DNA of 64,000 nucleotides from Octopus bimaculoides (taxonomy: Eukaryota). The position numbers and the translations under genes were made by a program. The stretch is taken from positions 269,357 to 333,356 of the forward strand of contig NC_068992.1 of the NCBI RefSeq assembly GCF_001194135.2, read 5' to 3'. Below the pieces are notes generated by a model. The model did no database searches. It was not told the origin of the DNA and saw nothing but the letters and a program-made list of their open reading frames with translations. Positions 49,485 to 60,962 of the stretch are shown in pieces; within the stretch, counting starts at the first letter, position 1, and each line of letters starts with the position of its first letter.

Positions 49485-49931
49485 GTGTACCAGCAAAATT
49501 GTCCAAATTTTAGATTCAACTTCAAACTTTGTAATTCAGGAATGCTTAAAAAGAACTTAATGGAATTACCAGAGGTTTTTCTAACACTGTTGAGCAAGAA
49601 GAATATTGATATATATGTATGTATGTATGTATGTATATATATATATAGAAAATGAAACTGAGAGTTTGTCTCTTGTGTTGAGTTTGATGCCAAGGCAGTC
49701 TTCAAGTGATAAACACATTAACACAGCAAACAAGTATTTGTAGAAAGAGGAAGAAATTCAGTGTCGTTTGATAAGCTTTACTATCTTCAATGTAAAATGG
49801 GAGTTGTGATGTACGTAACTTGCCTAAGACTGGTTGTAGGTAGAAACAGAATCTCAGGTGATGGGAGCTATTTTACCCAGGGACTGACATTGCTTACAGA
49901 ACACAAATACAAATCAATGAATAGAACTTAC

Positions 49932-50004
49932 TTTTGAGGATAATACGTTAATCCTGCAGAATGGAGGTAACCGTCAGGAATAAAGGCCCAACCAATGTAA
50001 AGGG
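49932..50004 (-). CDS. PIGP: PIGP coding exon 2
   Basis: Not in the ORF track. CTATTTTCAG|CC CTT TAC... = ALYIGWAFIPDGYLHSAGLTYYPQK; AA|GTAAGT; 73 nt. Confidence 0.96.
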
Positions 50005-50589
50005 CTGAAAATAGAGGAATATATAAACACAGGTCGTATAAATGGCTACACAAGGTTTCTTTGAGGAAATATATTCAGAGCTTATATCTGTGCAACACAA
50101 AGTTGCATCTAGAGGTAGCCATGCTGGTGGATTATATTATTTTCTCACCTGTTATCATGGGACAATAAGAATTCGATGCAGCCTGCTAATAAGACATTCA
50201 AGTTTTATACAGTACTACAACTGCTACTCCTTGTATGGGTCAGCTGTAAACCACCACAACACCCACCACCACCATCTAATACTATTTACAACTATATTAA
50301 TTCTTTCTAATTTCAGCAAAAGGCCAGCAACTTTTAGAGGGGGAGGCAAGTTGATTACATCAACCTCAGTATTTGGCTGGTAATCATTTTATCAACCCTG
50401 AAAATTTGAAAGGCAAAGTCAACGTTGACAGGATTCAAACTCAGAATGTAAAATAACTGGAAGAAATGTTGCTAAGCGTTTTGGTTTTGTCTGATGTGCT
50501 AATGTTTCTGATAGCCATGTCAATGGAACTGATTTAGAGCTAAGTGTATTTTCAAAGGTGCAAAGCCCAGCTCAAGCAATGGGAACCCA

Positions 50590-50710
50590 TCATCATCATC
50601 ATTGTCGTCATCGTTTAATGTCCACTTTCCATGCTGGCATGGGTTGGACGGTTTGACTGAGGACTGGCAAGCCAGGAGGCTGCACCAGGCTCTAATCTGA
50701 TACAGCCTTC
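50590..50710 (-). mobile_element. SINE family B tail (a family A copy lies at 50300-50515)
   Basis: (CAT)n then TTTAATGTCCACTTTCCATGCTGGCATGGGTTGGACGG. Confidence 0.8.
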
Positions 50711-51039
50711 TGGCTTGCCAGTCCTTATTGAAAACCAGACATCTTACTGATTCAGTAATTTGCATCAAGTCTTATTTACTGATGTTCATTCTCATATTAC
50801 ATTGATAAAATACTGAAAAAATCATTATTTCAAGGCTGTTTAAGAATCAAGAAGCTATGGAGCCAAGCAACTCCAGATATCTTACCTAAACCAATCCACT
50901 TGGTCAGTGTGTATCTCTGGTCCTTTTGGCATTAATGAAATGAGATGAATCTCACTCTGAATAGGATACCAATCTATCATGGGGTACCTTTGTTGCATGT
51001 AGAATTGAACTCACAACAGTAAATTAATGAAACACTAGT

Positions 51040-51370
51040 CAGTGGTTAGAATGTCGGGCTCTCAATCATGAGGTAGTGAGTTTGATTCCTGGACAGGGAT
51101 ATGTGTTTGTTGTGTTCTTGAGCAAGATATTTTATTCCACGTTGCTCCAGTTCACTCATCTGTAGAAATGAGTTGTGATGTCACAGGTGCCAAGCTGTAT
51201 CAGCCCCTTTGCGTTTCCCTTGGATAACATCGGTGGCATGGAGAGGGGAGGCTGGTGTGCATGGGCAACTACTGGTCTTCTATAAACAACCTTGCCTGGA
51301 CTTGTGCCTGAGAGGGGAACTTTCTAGATGCAATCCCATGGTCATTCATGACCAATGAGGGTCTTTACCC
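51040..51370 (+). mobile_element. SINE family E2 (core shared with E, different 3' part); partial copy at 52205-52385
   Basis: CAGTGGTTAG...GAGTTTGATTCC head; CTTGAGCAAGA..TT..CACGTTGCTCCAGT core. Confidence 0.8.
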
Positions 51371-51787
51371 TAGTCAGTATTTAGAGTTACAGCTTACAGT
51401 AGTGAGTTGTTCCTTTGGTGTGGAACTTATTTGCAGTTAGATAGACTGGGCTGTTTAAGAGTTAAGTACCTCAGCTACAACAAGTGCACAATTCTGATGA
51501 CAACATACAAACTGTGGAGCACTGTCACTGGCATGTTAATTTCACAAGCATGCTGTTCCGTTGATCAGACCAATTAGAACTTCTTAGAGTACCAGTTTTT
51601 ATTATACAAACTCCAGAAACATAATCATGAAGGCAAAGATGATCTCATCAAGATTTGAACCCAGAATGTAATGGGATGTAACTAGCACAAGACAATTTGT
51701 CTGATACACAATAATAAACTGGAAATGAGATTGTAATTAGTAAAGAAACAGACAATTAGCCTGTTTACAAAATGGAAGTAAACTCAC

Positions 51788-51875
51788 CAATGCAGATAAA
51801 AGAACCCAGATAGAGAGCAAATCCATAAATAGCTCTTTCAGGCGATGGGAAAGGTGTGTGTTCCGGTTTGGTCAT
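51788..51875 (-). CDS. PIGP: PIGP coding exon 1 (GPI-GlcNAc transferase subunit P)
   Basis: MTKPEHTPFPSPERAIYGFALYLGSFICI (human SPSPLPERAIYGFVLFLSS); donor G|GTGAGT; acceptor TTGTAG| at 51895/51894 gives 19 nt of UTR. Total CDS 402 nt = 133 aa. Confidence 0.95.
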
Positions 51876-52992
51876 AGTATAAATATGGCATCGCCTACAA
51901 GATGAAATAAAAACTGTGAGAGCATAAAGAATTAAGATGAGAACCACCACAGACAATTTTGCTTCAATCAGAAAAGAAAAAAAAGCCTTTCAGTCATAAA
52001 ATTACAAATTGATAAAACTAACAGATTTTAATAAACTAAGAGATAATTGAATCAGAACAATTTTCCGTTAACTGGGATTGAAACTAGATATGCTGCCTAT
52101 AACTCAGGCTAGCAACCCTATCTAGGAGTGTCACGATAACATACTCCAGATCGATCCAAGTACAGATAAACTGATATTAAAACTATTTTAACAATCTTCT
52201 TGAGCAAGACACTTTAGTTAACGTTGCTCTAGTTCACTCAACTGTAGAAATGAGTTGCGATGTCACAGGTGCCAAGCTGTATCAGTCTTTGCCCTTCCCT
52301 AGGATAACACTGGTGGCATGGAGAGGAGAGGCTGGTATGCAGGGGCAACTGCTGGTCTTCCATAAACAACCTTGCTCGGACTCATTATTATTGGTAACCA
52401 GATCAAAAGATACAGATTAAATGGCATTCTTTAATTTAGTTGAGTATGCAAAGTACCTCATTAGCCTAGAAGGCAAATAAGCAAAGATTCAATCACACTG
52501 AAACTAGCAGAAGAAAATTGGAGGGAAAAAAAACTAAGAGTTATCTAAATCCGGTATCTGGATGAAGACGTTAGTGCTACGCCCAGAGACACACCTGTTA
52601 CTTTAATAAGTAACAATAGTTAAGACAGGTAGACAGCCCTCAAAATTAAAATACTTCATCCTGTCCAGTAAAATGGTGATGAAATCAAATAACGATATTT
52701 TGTCAATTCATAGACAGTGTTGGTTTTAGTTTCATTTTTGCATCTTTTTCTCTGCACTCATCACCTTTTGTTATATTAATGTAAATGTTTTTATTGTTAC
52801 CATTCAGTCACCTTCATGTTCACATGTTTCACTTTATTCTCAAAATATCGTAATTTGATTTCCTCATCATTTAACTGGACAGGGGTTCATTTGTACAGGT
52901 TTGCTTATTACAATTTGTGATCAACACATACAACATTGGGGATGTGTTTGTGCCTTGAAATGTTTCCTTTCCTGTATAACGATTACTAATTT

Positions 52993-53030
<38 letters not shown>

Positions 53031-53082
53031 ACAGAATGGTTGAAATCCAGTTATTTGAATCGTTAAATAATAAATTTCTCAC

Positions 53083-53170
53083 CTGAAAGTCTGGACGCGT
53101 GAAATGTCTTGAGTTAACAAAACTACAAGTGTTTAAGCGTTGAAGAGTCTCACACAACGACCACTGTCAC
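53083..53170 (-). other. Candidate non-coding 5' exon of PIGP
   Basis: Strong donor CAG|GTGAGA at 53083/53082 in CpG-containing unique sequence; upstream boundary unknown. Confidence 0.45.
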
Positions 53171-53204
53171 ACAGGGACTTCAAGCGAACAAAATGAATTT
53201 ATTT

Positions 53205-53650
53205 TTACTTGTTTCTGTTATTTGATTGCAGTCGTTTTGAAGAATTTAGTCGCATAAATCGATGCCAGTGCTGATTTTATTTTTAAGTTTGGTATTAATT
53301 CTATCAACGTCTTTTGCCGGACCGCTAAGTTACGGGGGCGTAATCAAACCAGAGCCAGTTGTCAAGCGGTGGGGTGGTGGGAACAGACACAAACTCAAAG
53401 AAATACACACACGCACGCATCACAGTATCAATTAGACATCAGATGCCGTTATACACCGCTGGTCACAATGCGCTAACTCTATTTTCCGTTTCCTTCATTC
53501 ATTATGTATGTATGTATGTATGTACGACGAGCTTCTTTTAGTTTCCGTCTACCAAATCTACTCACAAAGGTATAGTCAATCCGGAGTTTTAGCAAAAGAC
53601 ATTTGCTTAAGGTCCTACGCAGTGGGACTGAACCCGGAACGATATGGTTA
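53205..53650 (-). mobile_element. SINE family C, long form
   Basis: Head and core at the right, 3' domain (CTTTTGCCGGACCGCTAAGTTACGGGG) at the left; homologous to 60705-61125. Confidence 0.82.
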
Positions 53651-55204
53651 CATCTATACTTCCAAACTGAATTTTTAAATATTTACCTTTGAAAACACCC
53701 TTACGTTAGATCTACTGTTGAAATAGACCATAATCTGATAATCTCTCGCAAACAAATGTTTGTTTTGATTAAAAATTTCATCACATTGAGTTTCATTAAG
53801 CAAAAAGAAAGTCTCTTGATACTTAAAGACGGTTAATGTGAAATCTCTTCACTGATGTCCTGCGCACCTTCTGCAAACGCCTGAACAGTCTCATTATTTT
53901 GTTTCCTTTTCGAAATAAATAACGCCTTTACATGAAACTGTAGCGGTCCTTAAATTTGAAACAGATCTCTAACCAGATCTCCGGTATTCTGAAAGGAAAC
54001 TTCCTCTCAGTAATTCCAGAAGCTTTGAAAACAGCCATGGGCGGTGCCTATCCTCTTTGGCTAAGTCACAGAAAAAACCCATTTAATTCTAAAGTAGTTT
54101 TGATATAAGATATTCCACAATAATGATGACGGTATATAAAGTTTGAGTGGTGGATTATTCTCGACTGGGAAGCTGATGCATTTCATGAGCCAGCAAGGGA
54201 ATCTCATTGTGGGCGCTCGGGGGGGGNNNNNNNNNNCCACAGTCGTAATGTGAAGGGCGACTTCGGAGTTGAAAGTCTGTGATAAACTTTCTGTGAAAAG
54301 GCGGGGGATGTCAGATTTATAATTGCTTTGATCAAGGAAAATAAAGCTTCCAATAAATTTGCAGCTTATGTTTATATAACATTTAGATTGTCCCATTATT
54401 GACGTATGGATTAAACTGCATAACTTGGTCCGAAAAACAACAGCAATTAAAGTATTTCAAAACCACGTGAGATTTATTTCTAATAAGCATTTAACTGGCT
54501 ATTAAAATACTAATTCTACAAGAAATGACACTACATTTAGTAAAGTTAAATGCAAATCCCTACAATTTGTTTGGCCGTATCAAGTGGTTAACTTGTGGCT
54601 TTCATGATCTATTTGGAAGGTATGGTACATGGGAAAAGAAACCTACGCTGCCCCAGTGGTAGATGGGGAGACCAACTTCCAAAATCCACTCCATGTCAAC
54701 CATGAACAGAACGCGATGCAACGAAAGCGATGGAGGAAATATGTTCGAAACGTTTCGCACTTCACTGTAAGAGTAATTGGGGTGGCCCTACTTTCCTTCC
54801 TGCGCACACAAGAAGTCATTATCCTGGTTATTTCATAGTTTCTTTTGACCGAGAGAAAGAGTATAATTTATTCAATAGATATAAATATTCTATAGGTAAT
54901 CATTTTCAACAACCGAAGTTGGTTTTGAATACAGAAACACGCGGAGCAGATATTATAAATTAAAGAACTTTGTTGGCTCTCTATTGTCTTGTCCATCTTT
55001 TATTTTTCTTCTCTAGATTTGTACCTTTGTTATTTTTCAGTAGAAACGAGTTCAACGAGTTCCTTCATATAAAAATGTAAGTCTATTGTTCGAGACAGTT
55101 GAAATCTCAGTTACGCAGTATTTTATTCATATTCCGAAGGAAAAAGAAAAGCGATTTTACCATTTGAGGTTTCCAGAAAGCTCACATGAGACCCATAGTA
55201 GATT

Positions 55205-55545
55205 TATAGGAAAGTGGGTTATACATCATTAGATGTATCCTGACTTTCCTATATAATATTAGAAATTAACGGAACGCTGAACTCCAGACTATCAACATAA
55301 CAATTATTTATTTAAGGTGGTTAATATATACATCATTAGCTCTTGTTTGTTGTTACAGCTTCTGTGTGTGTGAGCATGGTTGTTGGGACGTTGGTATGTA
55401 GATGTAAGCGAGCTGTCGAGCGTAAGTTCGAAAGATGGAGAGAGACAGCTAAACACGTCCTTGCCCAATCGCTGGCCAGCAAGAAAGAGACAGATCAAAG
55501 CGGGAAAGCTTGGTTGTTGAATTCTNNNNNNNNNNNNNNACTACA
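55205..55545 (-). repeat. 3' LTR (N-gap 55526-55539)
   Basis: Minus strand reads TGTAGT...CCTATA. Confidence 0.9.
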
Positions 55546-57005
55546 GGGCTCCCTTGCCAGTGCGGAACGCACGATAATATAAATCTGTTGGTACGCCTGA
55601 GGCAGGATGGCCACTGAAAACCACCCACAAGATGTAGCACAAACACACACAAAGAATAATGAAAGAAATGAAATGTACACTCGTGTGATACATGCATGCA
55701 ATGTACAAATTGAAGGAATGAAAGAAAAACATGCAATATGGGCAGTAAATGCCACCTAGTAAAAAACAAATGAGACAATGAGAAAACAAATCGTGATGAC
55801 TACTGTCCAGGAACTGGAATCACGGAATGTAAAAGTCTGAGTGTTTGTTTTTACTGAAAGGAAAGAAAATGTATGAGTGCACAAGTGTGTGTGTGAGAAA
55901 AAAAAAACAGAACATAGTAAAAGTGTTTGTAGAGACAAAAAACTATATATCCAGTTCGTATAAGAGTTATCTGGTGTGTCCCTGGTGGTGGGGTTGTTGG
56001 CGCACGACGTTGTGGTAGACTGTACATTGATGGAGAAGACGTCGGCGCAGGAACTGTAATATAGCTGTGTTCTGTATGTGTGGTGGTAATGATGTCCTGT
56101 TGAAACTTGGCGACATCGGGGGAATGCTTGTAGTTGGTAGTAGTAGTTGTTGTCGTCGCGGTGGTAATCTTGGTTGAACGAAGCTGGTGGCGAAAAGGCT
56201 ACTCGGTGATGATGGTGTTTGAAGAGGTTCGCTTTTACAGACGGTCGACAGACAAATCTCTGTACGACCATTAGCGAAAACCTCGAAGAAAAAATTTTCT
56301 TAACCCAAGATGAAAGAACGACCGTGCGAACTCAAACAGGAGAAATGGTGACGAATGGAAAAACAGAGGACTCCTTTTATTTAAACGTGTCACACGGTCG
56401 AACACAAAATAATATATCAAAGATGATATACAAATAATTATGTTATACTACGATAACATAAATAGCCAGTAATGAGACGATAGAAAAAACAACCGTGTGA
56501 AATGAATAACAAGTGATATTTAGTGTGGTATAAAAGATGTATGTGTATGTGAGAGTGTGAATGCGACATATAAGAACATAATAAAAGACAGGCCATCTAT
56601 ATGTATGTGAGATATCACAGCAGATAGAAAGTCAGTACACGTGAGAGTTTTATACCAAGTTCTTGAGTACACAATTGGAAGTATCGCAGGCTGTAATTCT
56701 TGTCTGTTTATTATCGTGGTGAAGCTAAGTCACCTAACAGAATCGAAGAGAGAGATTTGCCTCGGTGATTTAGTTCGGTGTACATAGAAAGTCGTGTTGA
56801 CTATGGTTGGAGATGTTGGTGGCGTAGTAATCGTAGAATCGTGTTGGTCATGACGATGATGCTGGTTAGTAGTTCAGTCTCCATGGCCGCATTTGTTCTT
56901 TAGTCAGGTTCACCAGTTATAGGTTGGTAGTCCAGAATCCATGCTGCGTTTTTTCTTTCGTCGGGGTCACCACTTTATAGGAAAGTGGGTTATTGTAGCT
57001 CAGCG

Positions 57006-57037
57006 GGTTGCGTGTTCGAATCACGTCGGGGTCACCA
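57006..57037 (+). other. 32-nt tRNA-Trp 3' fragment including CCA (extended primer-binding site); second 14-nt copy at 56959-56972
   Basis: GGTTGCGTGTTCGAATCACGTCGGGGTCACCA matches the metazoan tRNA-Trp(CCA) variable loop, T-arm and acceptor end as recalled; 3 nt from the LTR. Confidence 0.9.
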
Positions 57038-57040
57038 CTT

Positions 57041-57401
57041 TATAGGAAAGTGGGTTATACATCATTAGATGTATCCTGACTTTCCTATATAATATTAGAA
57101 ATTAACGGAACGCTGAACTCCAGACTATCAACATAACAATTATTTATTTAAGGTGGTTAATATATACATCATTAGCTCTTGTTTGTTGTTACAGCTTCTG
57201 TGTGTGTGAGCATGGTTGTTGGGACGTTGGTATGTAAATGTAAGCGAGCTGTCGAGCGTAAGTTCGAAAGATGGAGAGAGACAGCTAAACACGTCCTTGC
57301 TCAATCGCTGGCCAGCAAGAAAGAGACAGATCAAAGCGGGAAAGCTTGGTTGTTGAATTCCACGCATGCGTGAGACTACGCATGCGCACAGCGTTACTAC
57401 A
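57041..57401 (-). repeat. 5' LTR, 361 bp
   Basis: Minus strand reads TGTAGT...CCTATA, followed by AAG and the PBS TGGTGACCCCGACGTGAT. Confidence 0.92.
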
Positions 57402-57837
57402 GATTGTTACTTACTCATCTGCACATTTTGGACACCTTATTAAAAGAAAAAAAAAGACCTCCCCCAACTGAATGGCAGGAAGTTATTTATCAACACACGT
57501 GCTGCCTCCTTATCGTTTCTTTCCCACCATTACTAGTTTAGTCTCTGCTTCTTAGAGTTAGCTCGTTTCGTGAAACCTGCATCCAGACCGACACTCACGC
57601 TTCTCTTTGCGTCACCAATAACCACCCTGCACGAACCACTATTCTCATTCTCAACTTGGTATATTTATGTCGCATCAACTGCATTCATCTCATCAGCTTC
57701 CGGGGACTTGTAAAGAACGTGGGCACAGTATCAGCTTCCAGAACAAGATATACAGAAAGTCACCTGCTAAATGAAGATTTGAAGGAAATTAACAGTTACT
57801 GTTGTCCTTTTCTTTCCTGTTATAATAATAATAATAA

Positions 57838-58047
57838 TGGTTTCAAATTTTGGCACACGGGAAGCATGTTTGTGGAAGGGGACCAGTGGATTACATCGAC
57901 CCCAGTGTTTAACTAGTACTCACTTTATCGACCCCGAAAGGATGGAAGGCAAAGTCGACCTTGGCGGAATTTAATCTCAGAACATGAAGATGGACGAAAT
58001 GCCACTAAGCATTGTGCTCGGCATGCTAACGATTCTGCCAGCTCGCG
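57838..58047 (-). mobile_element. SINE family A
   Basis: Standard family A sequence with an (AAT)n tail at the left. Confidence 0.88.
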
Positions 58048-58577
58048 ATATGAGGGTAGAACTTGCTAAAAGAAAGAAAAAAAAAACTGCTTTATTGGGG
58101 ACAGCTAGGATTTTGAGATTGATAGTTGGGGGTTAATATTTTCCTCGGTACTTAACATCGAGTTACCAAATCTTATAATTTGAGGAAAGAGACCTTGTGA
58201 GACCCTTGACAACAGCATGCTGTCCGTTCTCACAGAATTAACCGGAGCGAGACCGAGAGCTCAGAGAGGTGAAACAAGAAGAAGAAGAAGAAGAAGAAGT
58301 TGTAATGCACCTGAGCACTGTACACAATAATTTCATTATTATCATTTGACTCTATATCTTCAGGAGGAGTTACCTCAATCCTTTCTATATTAACCAAAAT
58401 GAAGTAGATTGACAAATTTATTTTTTGAACCAGTTGAAGACACGCGAGATGTCGAAATATTGTTCACAAGATAACAAATGGCACTCTTCTTTTAATTTTG
58501 ACTCTATATCTTCAGGAGGAGTTACCTCAATCCTTTCTATAATATTATTATTATTATTATTATTATTNNNNNNNNNN

Positions 58578-58915
58578 GACTCGCGGTTTCGATTCCCAGA
58601 CTGGGCGTTGTGAGTGTTTATTGAGCGAAAACACCTAAAGCTCCACGAGGCTCCAGCAGGGGATGGTGGTGAACCCTGCTGTACTCTTTCACCACAACTT
58701 TCTCTCACTCTTTCTTCCTGTTTCTGTTGTACCTGTATTTCAAAGGGGTCAGCTTAGTCACACTCTGTGTCACGCTGAATATCCCCGAGAACTACGTTAA
58801 GGGTACATGTGTCTGTGGAGTGCTCAGCCACTTGCACGTTAATTTCACGAGCAGGCTGTTCCGTTGATCGGATCAACTGGAACCCTCGTCGTCGCTACCG
58901 ACGGAGTGCCAACAA
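58578..58915 (+). mobile_element. SINE family E
   Basis: B-box-like GGTTTCGATTCCC; 3' domain ...GAACTACGTTAAGGGTACATGTGTCTGTGG...ACCGACGGAGTGCC. Confidence 0.85.
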
Positions 58916-59722
58916 CAATTGTTATTATTATTAAGATGAACAGCAACAACTGCAACAACAACCACACAAAACTGTTTTATGAAACAAAAAGGAAAATCAA
59001 ACATGAAATCGCTTGTCCTATGATTAATCTGTAGGGGCGTCCCTCAGGAGAGAGCGACTGCTTGGGTTCCACTGGCACAAACTCTTCTCCGAATACAGAA
59101 CTCAACTCAAGCCCTCCAGATTCATCACCGGCAGCCACCAGAAAAAGAAAAATGTAAGAGGATCAAATAGACCCGGGAAAAATATAAAGAGATAATATAG
59201 GCTTGTTATAATGCATTTGGTAGGCTATCTTAAAAGAGACACAGAATGACTTTGTTTTTGTTTGTTTTTGAAATCCTAAAGTTCCGTTAGAGTTACCTCC
59301 CATATCGCTTGTCGCATCTGTTGCTACTCACCGTTGTTGTAGATACAAAAGGAAGATAAACAAGCATTTTAAATCTTTAGCTGATGTCTACGCACTTGCG
59401 AATGAATATACACATACATTTACTTATATATATATATATATATACTTATAATATCATATATATAATTATCTAACAGGGACATAGAAATTTTCAGGTGGTG
59501 CAATTCTTGTATATTTATAACTTCAAACATTCAACATAAAATTCGCACAAAGATAATCTATAAAGACATAAGTTCACTTATACATGTGACACATGGTATC
59601 GAATACAGATTTACAGCTTATAAACACATACAACGCTAGAATTAGGTTTATTTACACAAGCACCACATACGAACATGTATGCAGACATTTCACAAATCAC
59701 ATTAGTAACGGTTTAGTTTACA

Positions 59723-59743
59723 TCACGTGACCAAAAATGGCGG
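59723..59743 (+). promoter_or_regulatory. TCACGTGAC E-box (USF/TFE/CLEAR type) abutting an AAAATGGCGG YY1/Kozak-type motif
   Basis: Seen directly; these motifs are typical of housekeeping gene starts. Confidence 0.6.
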
Positions 59744-59862
59744 GTCCTAATATGCATTGGGTACCGAAACCGATAGTTCAACCGCCAAATGAAAGACTTT
59801 CAACCGCACAGAAGCTCTCTACTCCTTTCAAGATTTGTTTTAAAACCTCTGATGGTGTCACG
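59737..59862 (+). CDS. Probable first coding exon of an unidentified gene
   Basis: AAAATGGCG start; 42 codons MAGPNMHWVPKPIVQPPNERLSTAQKLSTPFKICFKTSDGVT; strong phase-0 donor ACG|GTAAGA; product not recognised. Confidence 0.55.
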
Positions 59863-60704
59863 GTAAGATCTGTCTTTATTATGCACTCAATGGAAACCTC
59901 ACAAAAAAGAAAAAGATGGAACGATTGGATTGTAGAAGCACAGAAAAAAACATGTCTTGCGATCAGCCAAATACTTTGACATTATGTATTGTGTGAAATA
60001 ACTATTTCTTTTATCTAGCAACAGGTTCGTCCTTTAATAACAGGAGTTTCAACTGATTAATACAAATCCTTTGTGTTATTTTGACTTAGTTTATTAACTC
60101 CAAAATGATGAGACCTAATCATTGTGTGGTTTCATCCCAGGTCAGCCTCGATCGACCATAACTACGACATTTAAATTGTTGATCGAACGAATTTGATCCA
60201 CAGATCCATCGTTGCAATTGCCTCTGACTGAAGCGAAACTAGACCGTACACTCCTACAAGTACTAGTTTTTCATGAGTTGTCATGGGACTGTTTGACATG
60301 GCCAATTATCGTATTAAATGTTATTGTTAATTAGCCTGACGTCAGTACTGCCGTAGCTATTGCCTCTTTTCAAACGTATTGCATACAGGATATCCTTGTT
60401 CTCTGCATGTTCTCGTGGGGACCACTTGTGGGCTTGACTAGAGTGTAATGTTTAATGTTCATTTTAGCATTGCTGGTGCATTCCGACAGTGTTTAGAACA
60501 ATGAGGTTATCGATGCTGTTACTTTTAGATGTGTATGTTTGTTTGGAGGCTAGTTGATGTGTCTGGATATGTTGACGAAGTGACTGCACATGTAGTGGCT
60601 GGTATTATGCTGCTTGAAGTTTGTTCTGGAATAATATGCACGTACATTCTCCATGCATCATCGTCATCATCATCAGTGTATATATAGCTAAATCTTTACT
60701 TGAT

Positions 60705-60918
60705 TTATTCTTTTACTTGTTTCAGTCATTTGACTGCGGCCATGCTGGAGCACCACCTTTAGTTGAACAAATCAACCCCAGGACATATTCTTTGTTAGCC
60801 TAGTACTTATTCCATCGGTTTCTTTTGCCGAACAGTTAAGTTACGGGGACGTAAACACACCAGCATCGGTTGTTAAGTGATGTTGGGGGGACAAACACAC
60901 ACATATACATATACATAT

Positions 60919-60962
<44 letters not shown>

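Larger units (their letters stand above)
55205..57401 (-). mobile_element. Non-autonomous LTR retrotransposon (Ty3/Gypsy, probably CsRn1/Kabuki-like), 2197 bp
   Basis: Direct repeats 55205-55545 and 57041-57401 differ at only ~3 visible positions. TSD GATT at 55201-55204 and 57402-57405; tRNA-Trp PBS; short PPT AAGGGAG; no long pol ORF. Confidence 0.92.

Noticed and set aside
54725-54756. CGAAACGTTTCG palindrome resembling a hammerhead stem III
   Set aside because: No CUGANGA on either strand.
57006-57037. tRNA-Trp gene
   Set aside because: Only the 3' 32 nt are present, with CCA, next to an LTR; this is a primer-derived copy.
57666-57763. Selenoprotein reading FCISCSGS(U)YC on minus
   Set aside because: Matches no selenoprotein family I know, hits TAA soon after, and no SECIS was identified.
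60105-60231. Box C/D snoRNA (ATGATGA...CTGA)
   Set aside because: No terminal stem or recognisable guide; the interior resembles a SINE fragment also seen near 12915.
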